A DNA stretch of 64,000 nt from Octopus vulgaris (GCA_951406725.2 OX597814.1:98084001-98148000); one strand, 5' to 3'. Counted from the first letter of the stretch, positions 38,201 to 47,818 are shown. Program-made: numbers and translations. The notes: generated by a model not told the origin, from the letters alone.

Positions 38201-38347
38201 AAATATTTAGCTCACACTCGAAAATCCCACCTAAATGACCATTACTTCCAGCGTCGCTATCAAGGTAATAGACGAGATGGTCATTATCCACAAGAGGTCC
38301 ACAACATATCACCTAAACAGCAGGAAAATGAGGCACATGCCAAGTAA
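4336..38347 (+). CDS. RNF25: E3 ubiquitin-protein ligase RNF25 (RWD + RING-H2), spliced, 8 coding exons, 648 aa
   Basis: join(4336..4379,11965..12036,15838..15940,19651..19718,22069..22138,24975..25205,35231..35440,37199..38347) gives one open frame with GT-AG introns. Motifs [66 protein letters not shown] and [16 protein letters not shown] match the RNF25/AO7 family. Confidence 0.95.
4744..5480. repeat. Compound minisatellite: 20 x GGTAAGCGTAACAG separated by variable (TA)n
   Basis: 20 cores counted between 4760 and 5466, five of them with small variants. It generates the spurious YIYI ORFs in the track. Confidence 0.95.
9960..11150 (+). mobile_element. Highly decayed RTE-clade LINE (endonuclease to RT start)
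   Basis: [19 protein letters not shown] and [20 protein letters not shown] parallel the RTE endonuclease at 31850-32260; many stops. Confidence 0.65.
11965..12036 (+). CDS. RNF25: RNF25 exon 2 ([23 protein letters not shown]), RWD start
   Basis: TTTACAG acceptor, TG|GTAAGG donor, E..LESIY RWD motif. Confidence 0.93.
12296..12681 (-). mobile_element. Non-autonomous Helitron
   Basis: On the minus strand it starts TCTATATA, ends with a GC hairpin followed by CTAG, and is inserted between A and T. A near-identical copy lies at 26180-26529. Confidence 0.8.
13212..14449 (+). mobile_element. Mariner (Tc1/mariner) transposon, full length but defective
   Basis: HTH region in ORF 13386-13859 (..[19 protein letters not shown]-like). 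Downstream are F HEDNAP and [12 protein letters not shown] motifs with stops and frameshifts. Imperfect TIRs (CGAGAGCAAGCTGAAAAGTTCA / TGGACTTTTCAGCCGACCTTCA) are flanked by TA. Confidence 0.9.
15838..15940 (+). CDS. RNF25: RNF25 exon 3 ([34 protein letters not shown])
   Basis: TTTGCAG acceptor, GTAAGT donor, RWD sequence. Confidence 0.93.
16021..16420 (+). mobile_element. tRNA-derived SINE family A copy
   Basis: Same head, body and tail as the copy at 24452-24838. Confidence 0.85.
17400..17725 (-). mobile_element. RTE LINE 3' fragment
   Basis: [21 protein letters not shown] motif of the RTE ORF C-terminus. Confidence 0.8.
18255..19010 (-). mobile_element. Decayed mariner transposon
   Basis: [17 protein letters not shown] and [22 protein letters not shown] (YSPDLAP motif) lie in broken frames. 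Confidence 0.85.
19651..19718 (+). CDS. RNF25: RNF25 exon 4 ([22 protein letters not shown])
   Basis: TTTCAG acceptor, GTTAGT donor, RWD YPxxxP motif. Confidence 0.95.
20073..20385. mobile_element. Fold-back (whole-length palindromic) MITE-like element
   Basis: Left and right halves are reverse complements over ~150 bp (e.g. GTGTCCATTATAA/TTATAATGGACAC, CCAAGAGGCCAT/ATGGCCTCTTGG). Confidence 0.85.
21625..21970 (+). mobile_element. SINE with family A head and RTE-type tail
   Basis: The head matches 24452 onward. The tail GCCATAGAAAATCTGCC..CCATGCATGCATGGAAAAGTG..(GAT)n matches RTE 3' ends in the window. Confidence 0.65.
22069..22138 (+). CDS. RNF25: RNF25 exon 5 ([23 protein letters not shown])
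   Basis: TTTCTAG acceptor, GTGAGT donor, G..MLYELxE RWD C-terminal motif. Confidence 0.95.
22710..23046 (+). mobile_element. RTE-related 3' UTR fragment with (GAT)n tail
   Basis: AAAGCACCCACTACACTCTCGGAGTGG..CCCATGCTAGCATGGAAAGCGGACGTTAA matches the reverse complement of 27330-27490. Confidence 0.75.
24452..24838 (+). mobile_element. tRNA-derived SINE family A, full-length young copy
   Basis: A/B-box-like head (TGGCTGTGTGG..GGTTCAGTCCC), internal (AT)/(GT) tract and tail GGCGGTGCTCCAGCATGGCTGCAGTCAAATGACTGAAACAAGTAAAAGAG. More than 10 copies or fragments occur in the window. Confidence 0.9.
24975..25205 (+). CDS. RNF25: RNF25 exon 6, RING-H2 ligands 1-6 (CVIC...CYHYFHCHC)
   Basis: CCTCAG acceptor, AG|GTGATA donor, 77 codons [41 protein letters not shown]. 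Confidence 0.95.
26180..26529 (+). mobile_element. Non-autonomous Helitron (same family as 12296-12681, opposite orientation)
   Basis: 5' TCTATATAAAGCTGAAG, 3' CCCGAGCAACGCCGGG hairpin then CTAG|T. Confidence 0.8.
29073..30642 (-). mobile_element. pogo-superfamily (POGK/Passer-like) DNA transposon, internally deleted
   Basis: TIRs CCGTATTTGACGGCATATTAGACGCAC / GTGCGTCCTATATGCCATCAAATACGG with TA TSDs at 29071-72 and 30643-44. Removing it restores the RTE frame [17 protein letters not shown]. Confidence 0.93.
29295..30150 (-). pseudogene. pogo-type transposase: Brinker-like DBD + CENP-B HTH + truncated DDE
   Basis: [30 protein letters not shown] starts at 30150, with a +1 frameshift in an A7 run (30032-30038). 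It continues [33 protein letters not shown] and [13 protein letters not shown], then jumps to the acidic C-terminus [10 protein letters not shown]. Confidence 0.85.
32474..33490. mobile_element. Two SINE A copies head-to-head (32474-33158 minus, 33170-33490 plus)
   Basis: Reverse-complement SINE A ending at ~33158 is immediately followed by a forward, diverged copy. Confidence 0.75.
33730..35130. mobile_element. Two RTE 3' ends tail-to-tail (33730-34357 plus, 34375-35130 minus)
   Basis: Both carry the RTE C-terminal GRGR.RKTW region, 3' UTR and (GAT)n tail in opposite orientations. Confidence 0.8.
35231..35440 (+). CDS. RNF25: RNF25 exon 7, RING ligands 7-8 (CPVC) and [16 protein letters not shown] motif
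   Basis: Poly-T CAG acceptor, GTAAGT donor, 70 codons, phase 0-0. Confidence 0.95.
35600..36280 (+). mobile_element. Decayed RTE 3' fragment
   Basis: [21 protein letters not shown] and [10 protein letters not shown] parallel the RTE C-terminal region. Confidence 0.7.
37199..38347 (+). CDS. RNF25: RNF25 terminal coding exon 8, 382-aa low-complexity tail
   Basis: TATTTCAG acceptor is in phase 0 and in frame with the 365-aa track ORF; stop TAA at 38345-38347. Confidence 0.88.
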   Translation, partial: GECINTTAKETLADFPSVLNGNQLGNFDKKSGKSPTRANINSVEDDKSAPRDYGMRHHRRGNQSYGKNGFGEGKGRYFRNKENYNGQRCNSPNQNKWNRTEYNNIEDSNLSSPRGDRPLAKMDAQCSNDKLKNADLQVQNHQHTYKESNAKPFEKQHKKFDVNQDNRRYNNKSSNHFQRKGNNNSYKDKGCFYSNSYNNNSGQGTQEKFAYSHRHSDKSKAVNISKNTANPCPKSEYHNSQETPVVTSSDKPQHRYTRNYQENNRKYHDDDHDVPISSPQTRSHQEDLELQGNKNRTRAKSQNYFHSKKNYYENGDHSRKTPRYNKHDCYDSDQKYLAHTRKSHLNDHYFQRRYQGNRRDGHYPQEVHNISPKQQENEAHAK

Positions 38348-38643
38348 CTTATTAAAGTATACAGTTTGCACTCACTGTGGAAAGTTAACCCACATAATAA
38401 TACTTCAATGCACTTTCATTCATAAAATTGTTGGATGAAACACTTTCCGGATTTGAATCTTCATAAACACTACATTACACACATACACACACACACGGGC
38501 ACAGTCCTGTCTGATATGTATGTTTGTAATTATATATATATATGTATATATGTAGATATGTATGTATATACATACATATATGTATGTCTGATTATGTGTG
38601 TGTACACATACTTATTTGTATATATATGCTTCTATACATATAT

Positions 38644-38676
<33 letters not shown>

Positions 38677-38807
38677 CGTTTCTATAATATATATATATAC
38701 ATACATGCATATGTACATGTATGTTTGTGTACATATATATATATATACATACACACACACAAGTGTGTGTATGTATGTCTATAACTCACACACACATTAC
38801 ACATGTT

Positions 38808-38847
<40 letters not shown>

Positions 38848-39200
38848 CAAACACACACACACACACACTCATATATGTACATGTGTATATTTATTAGTGT
38901 GTGCAGTGAGAATGTAAATATATCCAGGGAAAATACTGTCTACATAAGTAACCAAGTGTAAAGAAAAGGTTGAAAGAATTAGTCACCATGCTGGACAGTG
39001 GCCATTTGTGAACTCAGAAGGAAAAGGGCAGGAAAAATAAACAGAAAAAATCATGTTTTTTGTTTTGTTGCTAGTATTCTACATGGATATTATCTTAGCA
39101 TATCAATGCAGACTTAGCTTAGATTACCCTTGGATTATATATGTTTATATGTGTATATATGTGCTTAATGGTGTGTGTTTACTTAAATATGTGTGTGTAT

Positions 39201-39239
<39 letters not shown>

Positions 39240-39936
39240 ATACACACACATATATACTTAACACACACAAAACTGTGTGTGCTATATGTATGTGTGTTCT
39301 GTGTTGTTTTTATTATGCAGACGAAACCCGTATTTAAAAAAAATTGCAAGGAAGGTAAAAAAAATAAGTTGTTAATTTATCTTGTTACTGCTGTAAACTT
39401 AAGAAGTTTTTGTATAACGAAAATGGAATTGAATGATGCTTTTTTTTTTTTTCTTTCATTTCCTTTTTTTAATTTTTTTTGTCTCTAATTTATTCAGAGG
39501 AAAAATTATGTTACTTAAATACCTATTGTTAAAAAGCTGACCTGAAGGAGATACATGCGCTGGCAACTTGTCTTTCATAAAGGTTTTTGAAAATGAATTT
39601 CTTCGTGTGTGTGTATGTGTTGGTGTTAGTGTGTGTGCTTGAGTGTTTGTGTGCATAAAAAAAAAATGAGTAAAAAAAAATACGCATCCACACACATTGT
39701 CACAAACTCTTGGTGCTGTGCTTACAGCTATGCATACTCAATGACTGGCAGCAAATACTCCTTAAAATATCATCTGAATACTCTTTATTCCTCTCCCTCT
39801 GCTCTCCTCACTTATTGTTGAAAATATTTTATGAAAACAAAATCTGATAGTGAAACAAAGAGAAAACAAACAAACAAACAAAAAAAAATTATACATATCT
39901 CTTCAATATTGCTATTCTTCTTCTTCTTATAATAAT

Positions 39937-40389
39937 AAGGTGGTGAGCTGGCAGAATCGTTAGCGCGTTGGACAAAATGCTTAGCGGTATTTCACCTGTT
40001 GCAACATTCTGAGTTCAAATTCCGTCAAGGTCGACTTTGCCTTTCATTCTTTCTGGGTCGATAAATTAAGTACGAGTTGAATACTGGGGGGTTGATGTAA
40101 TCGACTACCCACCTTCTCCAAATTTCAGGCCTTGTGCCTAGAGTAGAAAAAATTATTATTATTATTATTATTGATAAAGTGGTGAGCTGGCAGAATTGTT
40201 AGCATGCTGGACGAAATGCTTAGCAATATTTCGTCCACCACTATGGTCTGAGTCCAAATTCTTCTGAGGTGACTTTGGCTTTCAGCCTTTTGGGGTCAAT
40301 AAAGGGAGTACCAGTGTAACATTGGGGTCGATGTAATCGACTTGTCCCCTCCTCCAAAATTTCAGGCCTTGTGCCTTTAGCAGAAAGGC

Positions 40390-40421
<32 letters not shown>

Positions 40422-40990
40422 GATATTAAGATGGTGGTTTTGAAGAATCATTAAAGTGTTGGACAAATAAATATACTTAGTGGTATTTAGTTATGGTTCT
40501 TTAGTTATGGTATTTAGTTATGGTTCAGATCTCGCAGGTCAGCTTTGCTTTTCACTTTCTTGGAGTTAAAATAAACTACCAGTTGATAAACTGGAGTCGA
40601 TGGGGTCAGCTAGCTGCCTCCTTTCAAGATTGTTGGCCTTGTGCCTAAGTTTGAAACCATTATTAGAATGGTGAACTTTTTTCCCGTTGAATTGAGTGTT
40701 GAGCCTTGGTTATTTGGCCCTTTATATTGTGGGTTCAAATCCTGCTGAGTTCGACTTTATCTTTCAATTTCCCCAGCAAACTGGCAAAATTGTTAGCCCA
40801 ATGGGTAAAATGCTTAGTGGCATTTCATCCATCTTTATGTACTGGGTTCAGATTTTGCCATGGTCGACTTTGCCTTCATGTTTTCTGGGTCAATAAAATA
40901 ATTACCAGTTGAGTAATGGGGCCGATGTTATTGACTTATCCCCTCTCTTAACATTGCTGGCCTTGTGGCAAAATTTGAAACCACTAAAAT
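39937..40990 (+). mobile_element. Head-to-tail cluster of ~4 copies of tRNA-derived SINE family B with (ATT)n tails
   Basis: GGTGAGCTGGCAGAATCGTTAG..GAGTTCAAATTCC..GTCGACTTTGCCTTTCAT..GGCCTTGTGCC is repeated at ~39937, 40177, 40428 and 40780. Confidence 0.85.
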
Positions 40991-41413
40991 AAAATTGCAG
41001 CTACGTACTGGAGATGATGGCATTAATTAATTCCTGTTAGATTCTAGGTCTTGTACACATGTTAGAAATATTATTATACAACCCATGCTAGGATGGAAAG
41101 CGGACGCTAAATGAAGGTGATGATGATGATCAAGTTGGTGAGTAGCAGCTATTATAGGGTTGTGACAAAAATCTTAATGGTATTTAGATATCTCATTTTA
41201 TTCAGGATTTAAATCTTTAGCTACATTTTTCATTTGTTCCTTTTTTTCCCCCTGTTTTTACCCTTTATCCATCTTGGGTTGTTAAGATAAAATACAAATC
41301 AGATACTATGATTAGTTCAGTAATGGTCTACACTTCCTCCTTAATTTATGGACTATCCCAAATATTAGATGTTATAATAATAATAATAATAATAATAATA
41401 GTTAGTAACACAG

Positions 41414-41481
41414 TAACACTTCCAATCAGTTAAGATCAGAAGACTCTCATGGTTTCTGATCTTAACTGATTGGAAGTGTTA
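41414..41481. repeat. Perfect 28-bp inverted repeat, 12-nt loop
   Basis: TAACACTTCCAATCAGTTAAGATCAGAA / TTCTGATCTTAACTGATTGGAAGTGTTA. Confidence 0.95.
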
Positions 41482-43314
41482 TGCACATGTTTTGTCTTGG
41501 TATGAAAGATGGGCTACAGCAAATATTCTGCTCAATACCACAGATTTGCTTGTCAGTTGCTTGACCTTAACTGGTTGACAATATGTGCATCTCTGATCAT
41601 GAGCAAGAGTTGTGGGCGAGCATCATAGCCATGTGTTGAGAGGAATTCTTTGGGGTTTGAATAATTCACCTCTGGAAACATGGGTGTTTTGTTCATCATC
41701 CTTAAACAATCCTCATCCAGGGACCTTTTGGGCAGGATTGGCTACTCAACCTGAAGAAAATTCTAACAGGGCTCCACCTGCAAGGTCATGTGCTGTTTAT
41801 CTTGATATCAGATCACCATGCTGTTCAGATATGGTTGTGATGCATGTGCCTGGTGTAACCTTATGAGACAGGTAGTCATGATGAGTACATTAGGCTTTGT
41901 ACATTTGTACCCCAATGTCACACTGATGGTATGCAATGCTTTCTCAATAATAATAATTATCATCATTATCATGAAAGTGTTGAGCTGGCTGAATCGTTAG
42001 CTTGCCAGATAAAATAATTAGTGGCATTTCTTCTGATTTTATGTTCTGATTTCAAATTCTATTGTAGAAAGAATTATTATTCTTATTATAATAAAGGTGG
42101 TGAGCTGGCAGAATCGTTAGTAATGAGATTAATTGAAATACCAACAATATGCTTTCTGGCTATTCCTGAAACTCTTATGTAGCTCTTCCCACTGTGTAAT
42201 AGCCCGAAACTGTATCGATTCCTCTTCAACTGTATCATATTGTTGTGGGGGTTTAAGATGGCTTGAATTCTGAGTAGTAACTTTATGTGGTAGTTTCATG
42301 CACCTGCCTCTATCCACATATACCCACATAACTATATAATGAATATCATGAAATTTTTAAACAATATTATTTCAAACCATTTTTTAAGAATAACTACTGA
42401 GCATTTGTTGAAGGTGTGACTCTATACTCAGAGTAAAACTTATTAAGATTAAGTTGAATGGGAGTTTAATTTTACCCATCAGCTTAAGTAAAATAATGGC
42501 AGTTCTAAATTCCATCCAGGTTGAACAAACTGATAGGGAAAACTTGAAGTTCCTGTCAACTTGAAGCATTAAGATATAGTGCTTGCCATATTTCTGAAAT
42601 TATACGTAAAGAGAAAATCTGCTGCTTTCCACCATTTCTAATACCACCATTTAACTTAAAAAAAAAAAAATTATATAATAATGCCTATTATGTGATAATA
42701 ATAATAATAATAATAATAATGATGATTGTCCCAAATCTCGCCCTGGTTGATTTTTGCCTTTCATCCTTCTGAGAACAATAAAATAAGTATGGGTGATGTA
42801 TAACTGTTGTTATAGTCCATTCCACTATTGAAGGCAGTCTTCAGCAAGCAGAAAGACCAATGACTGAACTCAATGAAATAATACCTCATTAAACTTAGAA
42901 TTTTGGATATGGATTTGTTTTCCACCACAGTATAAATATAATAAAATATAAAATTTTAAAAAATAATAAAAAAAAGGAAAAAAGAAAAAAAATCCATCTA
43001 CATCCATTTTGAAAAGTAAAAAGATTTGTTGAAATTATTTGAAGATACTTTAATGAATTTTATCATCTTTAAATTGTGATGTAATGTTTGATTTGATATA
43101 TCCTCATCATTTTATTCACATCTGTATAACTGTGATGGCATGGGTTTCAGGGATTCTCAACCATTTTCTTTTTTGTCTATGGAGCCCTTTCATTACTATT
43201 TATGGTATAGAAGCAACTAAACCCTTCTTGTGTATAGGTGCACATTTCATGCAATCGCTAATATTAATATTTTTATTCCTATCTTTAAGGATTGCATTAG
43301 GGGCTGAAACTGTA

Positions 43315-43662
43315 TACTCTTTTATTTGTTTCAGTCATTTGACTATGGCCATGCTGGAGCACCACCTTTTTCATTGAGCAAATCGACCCCAGGACTTATT
43401 CTTTGTAAGCCTAGTACTTTTTCTATTGGTCTCTTTTGCTGAACCGTTAAGTTACGGGGACGTAAACACACTAGCATCAGTTGTCAAGCGATGTTGGAGG
43501 GACAAACACACACATATATACATATATACGATGGGCTTCTTTCAGTTTCCGTCTACCAAATCCACTCACAAAGCTTTGGTCGGCCCGAGGCTATAGTAGA
43601 AGACACTTGCCCAAGAACCCGGAACCATGTGGTTGGTAAGCAAGCTACTTACCACACAGCCA
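43315..43662 (-). mobile_element. SINE family A copy
   Basis: Reverse complement of the 24452 element with a small head deletion. Confidence 0.88.
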
Positions 43663-44058
43663 GTTGAATGTGTGTGTGTATGATTCAAGGATCAAGGTGT
43701 AGGAAGAAGTTGATCTTCAAGCAAACTGTAGAAAATATCAAAAACAACTTTCAGGAACAATAGTAGTTTATTGAGGCGGAGGGTTGTAAATTTTTTCCAT
43801 ATTGGATTATGGTAAGCTGAAAAAAATTGTTTTATATTTCACGGTAGGTAACCAGGGTTGCCTACATGTATGCGAATAAAACTGTAATCGAATCGTCTGT
43901 ATGTTGCCATGTGCTCTTTATGACAATGTAAACTTCATTTAATCAAGATACCTTTGGCCTGAAGAGTAGTCTAGTAGCCTGCAGTAGGCACTTGAGTTTC
44001 CACTTGCTATCAAACATATGTAGCCAGGATATTATGTACACCACTCCTTAACTCTCTC

Positions 44059-44095
<37 letters not shown>

Positions 44096-44381
44096 ATATA
44101 CACACACACAAAGTGCTGGTGCCACGTAAAAAAGAGCACCCAGTGTATGCTGTTAAGTGGTTGGCGTTAGGAAGGGCATGCAGCTGAAGAAACCAAACAG
44201 ATTATGGAGTCTAGTGCGGCTCCAGACCTTGCCAGCTCCTATAAAGCTGTACAACACATACCAGCATGGAAAACGAACTTTAACTGATATAATGTAGTGG
44301 TTCTTAAATCTGCCTTGAGCCTTCAGGCGCATTACGACAGCTTATCTAGTTTTTTGTTGGGTATAAATATATACGCACATA

Positions 44382-44643
44382 TACATTATTTACATTTGAC
44401 GGATATTTGTCCTCATCTTGTTTGTTATTAACTCAACGTTTCGGCTTATATACCCTCCAACCTTCATCAGGTGTCTTGGGGAAATTTCGAACCTGGGTTC
44501 TCATTCCTAAGGTATTTTTGTTGTTGTTCAGGTCACTGCCTGGAATCGAATTCGGAATCTTGGGGCTTGTAGCCTGCGCTCTTAACCACTACGTCAAATG
44601 TAAATAATGTACATAATTCCTCATCTCTTAAATATAGAGCTGT
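44382..44643 (-). mobile_element. tRNA-headed short element with Penelope-like hammerhead motif and 20-bp inverted ends
   Basis: Minus strand has A box TAGTGGTTAAG, B-box-like TTCGATTCC, then CTGATGA..GAAACGTT. TACATTATTTACATTTGACG (44382-44401) is inverted at 44592-44611. Confidence 0.7.
44430..44475 (-). ncRNA. Minimal type I hammerhead ribozyme-like motif (this copy slightly degenerate)
   Basis: GACAC-CUGAUGA-A-GGUU..AGCC-GAAACGUU-GAGUU: both conserved core boxes, stem II, palindromic ACGU helix III and a GUU triplet. Stem I has one mismatch. Confidence 0.6.
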
Positions 44644-44846
44644 ATAAATATATATGTTTAAATATATTAGATATATATGTATGTAAAATCATATATATAC
44701 AGATATATGTTTATATAAATATACATAATATAAGTATATGTTATATTCACTCAGTCAAATGTATATGTACCGTAAACTAATATAGATGCAAACGTGGTTG
44801 TGAGGCAAGAAGTTTGTTTCCCAACCACATTATATATATATATATA

Positions 44847-45720
44847 CTAGCGAGACATGTAAATATTTCACGGAATTAATGGTAAACTTTTTGGGTTATT
44901 TCTGAAAACATAAAAAAAAACAAACCCTAAAAGTGTATCCTATGTTGAGTCTGTATCAAAAACTAGCCGTTCATCTGCTAATCGTTGAAATGTGAAAGTG
45001 TTACAAACGGGCTAAGTAACGGAAGAAAAAAACTTAGTTAAGAAAAGCTTACACATTTCACTCACCACTGCCCTCCCTCCAACTAATCACGTGGAATCGT
45101 TACGGACGGGCTAAGTAAAGGAAAAATGAGCAGAATTATAAGATAAATATCAGTCAATATGTATACACTCATACATGCGCATGCCCACGCTGCTATGCAC
45201 GTGCTTACATTCCCACGTGTAGACCTTCACTTACATGAGCTACAAGTAAAGGAGAAATTCTAAGAAAATTGCAGAAACCTTAATGCTAAGATGGAGACCT
45301 TGAGCCCATGCATATAATGAAGATCCTCTTCCACGTACGTCTCAGGCAAAAGTTTTATCTTCCTCTTTCCTGAGTAGACGTTTACTCGAAAATATTTCGC
45401 AAAATTTTTAGATTTCCCATGATTTTCCTCTGTTACTTGATGCTGAAGGTCACATGTATGAAAGAGAATCTGTGTTTGGGTGATGTTCTTTTGAAGGTAC
45501 ATATTTACATGTGTGTGTGAGTCACATTGCTGAGCAAAGCAATCAGTAACTATGAAGAGAGACCATATTCTGTCCTAATCAGAATGCAGTCTCTGAAACG
45601 ATCGGCTTGATAAACTATTAAGGAAATACTTGCCCATTGGAGTTCATATATGCTGTGGAAAGCATCATCAAAACACAGAGTTAAGTATTTCAATAAAAGG
45701 AACTTTATTCGTTTTAGATA
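44847..45720 (-). mobile_element. Probable Helitron remnant
   Basis: Minus-strand 3' end CCGTGAAATATTTACATG..CTAG|T and internal short direct repeats (ACGGGCTAAGTAA x2); the far boundary is uncertain. Confidence 0.45.
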
Positions 45721-46049
45721 AATGATGAAAGCTTGCTTCCTTCCCAACCACATGGTTTCGGGTTCAGTCTAGTACGTGGCACCTTGGGCAAGTACCTTCT
45801 GATATTGCCTTGTGAGTAGATTTGGTAGATGGAAACTGAAATTCATTGTCGTATGTATGTATGAGACATATTATGAGGAATTTATTGTATCATTCAACTA
45901 CAGTAGCTGTTGAATAATATTCTTAAGGACGCCATTTACTCACACGCAGCATCTTTCAGAGCTTGTCGCTAATTCAGTTCTTAACTAAATTGAAAACTAT
46001 TAGCATTTTTGAAGAGGACTGCTTTTCATAGTAGCCCTCTCAGATATGC

Positions 46050-47025
46050 CCTCAGCTGCCCGGATAACCATCCTTGCTAGCTACGCAGACGATACGAAAC
46101 TCTCGCCGAAAATTAGAATCCCAGCGATGGGATTAATGATGGGCTGAGGACAATAATATACAGTTTAATGCTGATAAATTCCAAACCCTGCGATACCAGC
46201 GTCCAAAACTGAATATAAAACTTATAGAGTACACTGGTCCATACGGGATTGCAATCCGAGAGCCTAAATCAGTGGGACCTGGGTATCGACATGAGTGATG
46301 ATACCTCTTTCCAAGTGCACATTACCAGGATGGTCACAAAGTGCAGACGACTGGCTGGCTGGATCCTGAGAACGTTCAGGACCAGAGAGAAGGAAACCAT
46401 GATGGTCCTCTGGAGGACATTCGTCCTCACTCGCCTGGACTACTGCTCCTAGCTATGGTCACCCAACAGTGTAAAATTAACAGCAGACCTTGAAGCAATC
46501 CAGCAAAGCTTCATAAAGAAGATTGTCTCGTTGCAACAGCTCAGCTACTGGGAAAGGCTGATACAGCTAAGACTCTACTCCCTGGAGCGAAGGCAGGAGA
46601 AGTATGCAGTAATATACACCTGGAAGGAATTGCGCCAAATTTTGGCATTGAAAGCTAAACCAATGCCAGAACAGGTCGACTCAGCGCAGTGCCAAAGATC
46701 CCAGCAATATCATCGTGTTTCAAGATCAGTTACTGTAATAGCCCGAGTTTCGGTGGCCCACAGCTTTTTAATATTCTCCCAAAGCGCCTGAAGGACCTAC
46801 ATAAAGTGAATGTAGGTGTTTTCAAATCAAAACTGGACTTCTTCCTATTGAGAGTCCCAGATGAACCAGCCGCGTAGCAAGAGGTGCAAATGAGGGTAGC
46901 GACATCAAACTCCCTTATTTATCAAATGTCACATATTAGAGGAGCTCTCAATAATAAAAGTGTAGCAAAACGATGGTGCCCGAGCATGGCCGCACCTCTG
47001 AGCTGAAACTACAAAAGAAATATAT
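46050..47025 (+). mobile_element. CR1/L2-group LINE 3' fragment (RT C-terminus + 3' end)
   Basis: YADDTKL, DLGIDMSDD, AGWILRTF, RLDYCS*LWSP and LSYWERLIQLRLYSLERR, with stops and frameshifts. Confidence 0.9.
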
Positions 47026-47033
47026 ATACATAC

Positions 47034-47083
<50 letters not shown>

Positions 47084-47490
47084 ATAAATATATATAAATT
47101 AGATATAGAGATATATTATTGACATTCAATAATTTATTTATATTACAATATTGCATTAAACACTATGAATACTATGATTTTGCAGCCTTTCAGCGCACTC
47201 GGTTGTATTTCCTTGCGAATCTTCTAGTCCGGACGAACTAATTTTGTCAGTCATTGTTTTTTTTTTTTTAAAACAACAACGAAAAGGTTTCCCACCTTCT
47301 GCAAGGGAAAAAAAACGTTAACAAATTCTGCACAAAGCAGTAAAACGAAGTCTTTTTACACAATCAACAATATTTTAAACAACAATTTTCAACAACTATA
47401 CAAAAACCTTGACTTACGTCTGAGAAAACTCCAAAACCAACACAAAAAGTGGAGTGCGTGTGCGAAGAACAGGCTGGTAAATTTGGGTGT

Positions 47491-47818
47491 GGAGGCGCAA
47501 TTGCCCAGTGGTTAGGGCAGCGGACTCGCGGTCATAGGATCGCGGTTTCGATTCCCAGACCGAGCGTTGTGAGTGTTTATTGAGCGAAAACACCTAAAGC
47601 TCCACGAGGCTCCGGCAGGGATGGTGGTGATCCCTGCTGTACTCTTTCACCACAACTTTCTCTCACTCTTACTTCCTGTTTCTGTTGCACCGGTATTTCA
47701 AAGGGCCGGCCTTGTCACTCTCTGTGTCACGCTGAATATCCCCGAGAACTACGTTAAGGGTTCCGTTGATTCGGATCAACCGGAACCCTCGTCGTCGTAA
47801 CCGACGGAGTGCTTCCAC
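47491..47818 (+). mobile_element. tRNA-derived SINE family C
   Basis: Head GGAGGCGCAATTGCCCAGTGGTTAGGGCAG..GGTTTCGATTCCC. Related minus-strand pieces lie at ~51400-51548, 51820-51950 and 52085-52310. Confidence 0.8.

Noticed and set aside
37250-38347. Stand-alone 365-aa gene starting at GTG
   Set aside because: The frame extends to a splice acceptor at 37199 in phase with RNF25 exon 7, so it is the terminal exon.
42130-42620. Exons of a convergent minus-strand gene
   Set aside because: A plausible acceptor and short ORFs exist, but there is no recognisable protein motif or consistent exon chain.
47491-47575. tRNA gene (also the heads at 24452, 39937 and 44530-44593)
   Set aside because: A/B boxes are present, but I could not build a full cloverleaf and each continues into a repeat body, so these are SINE heads.
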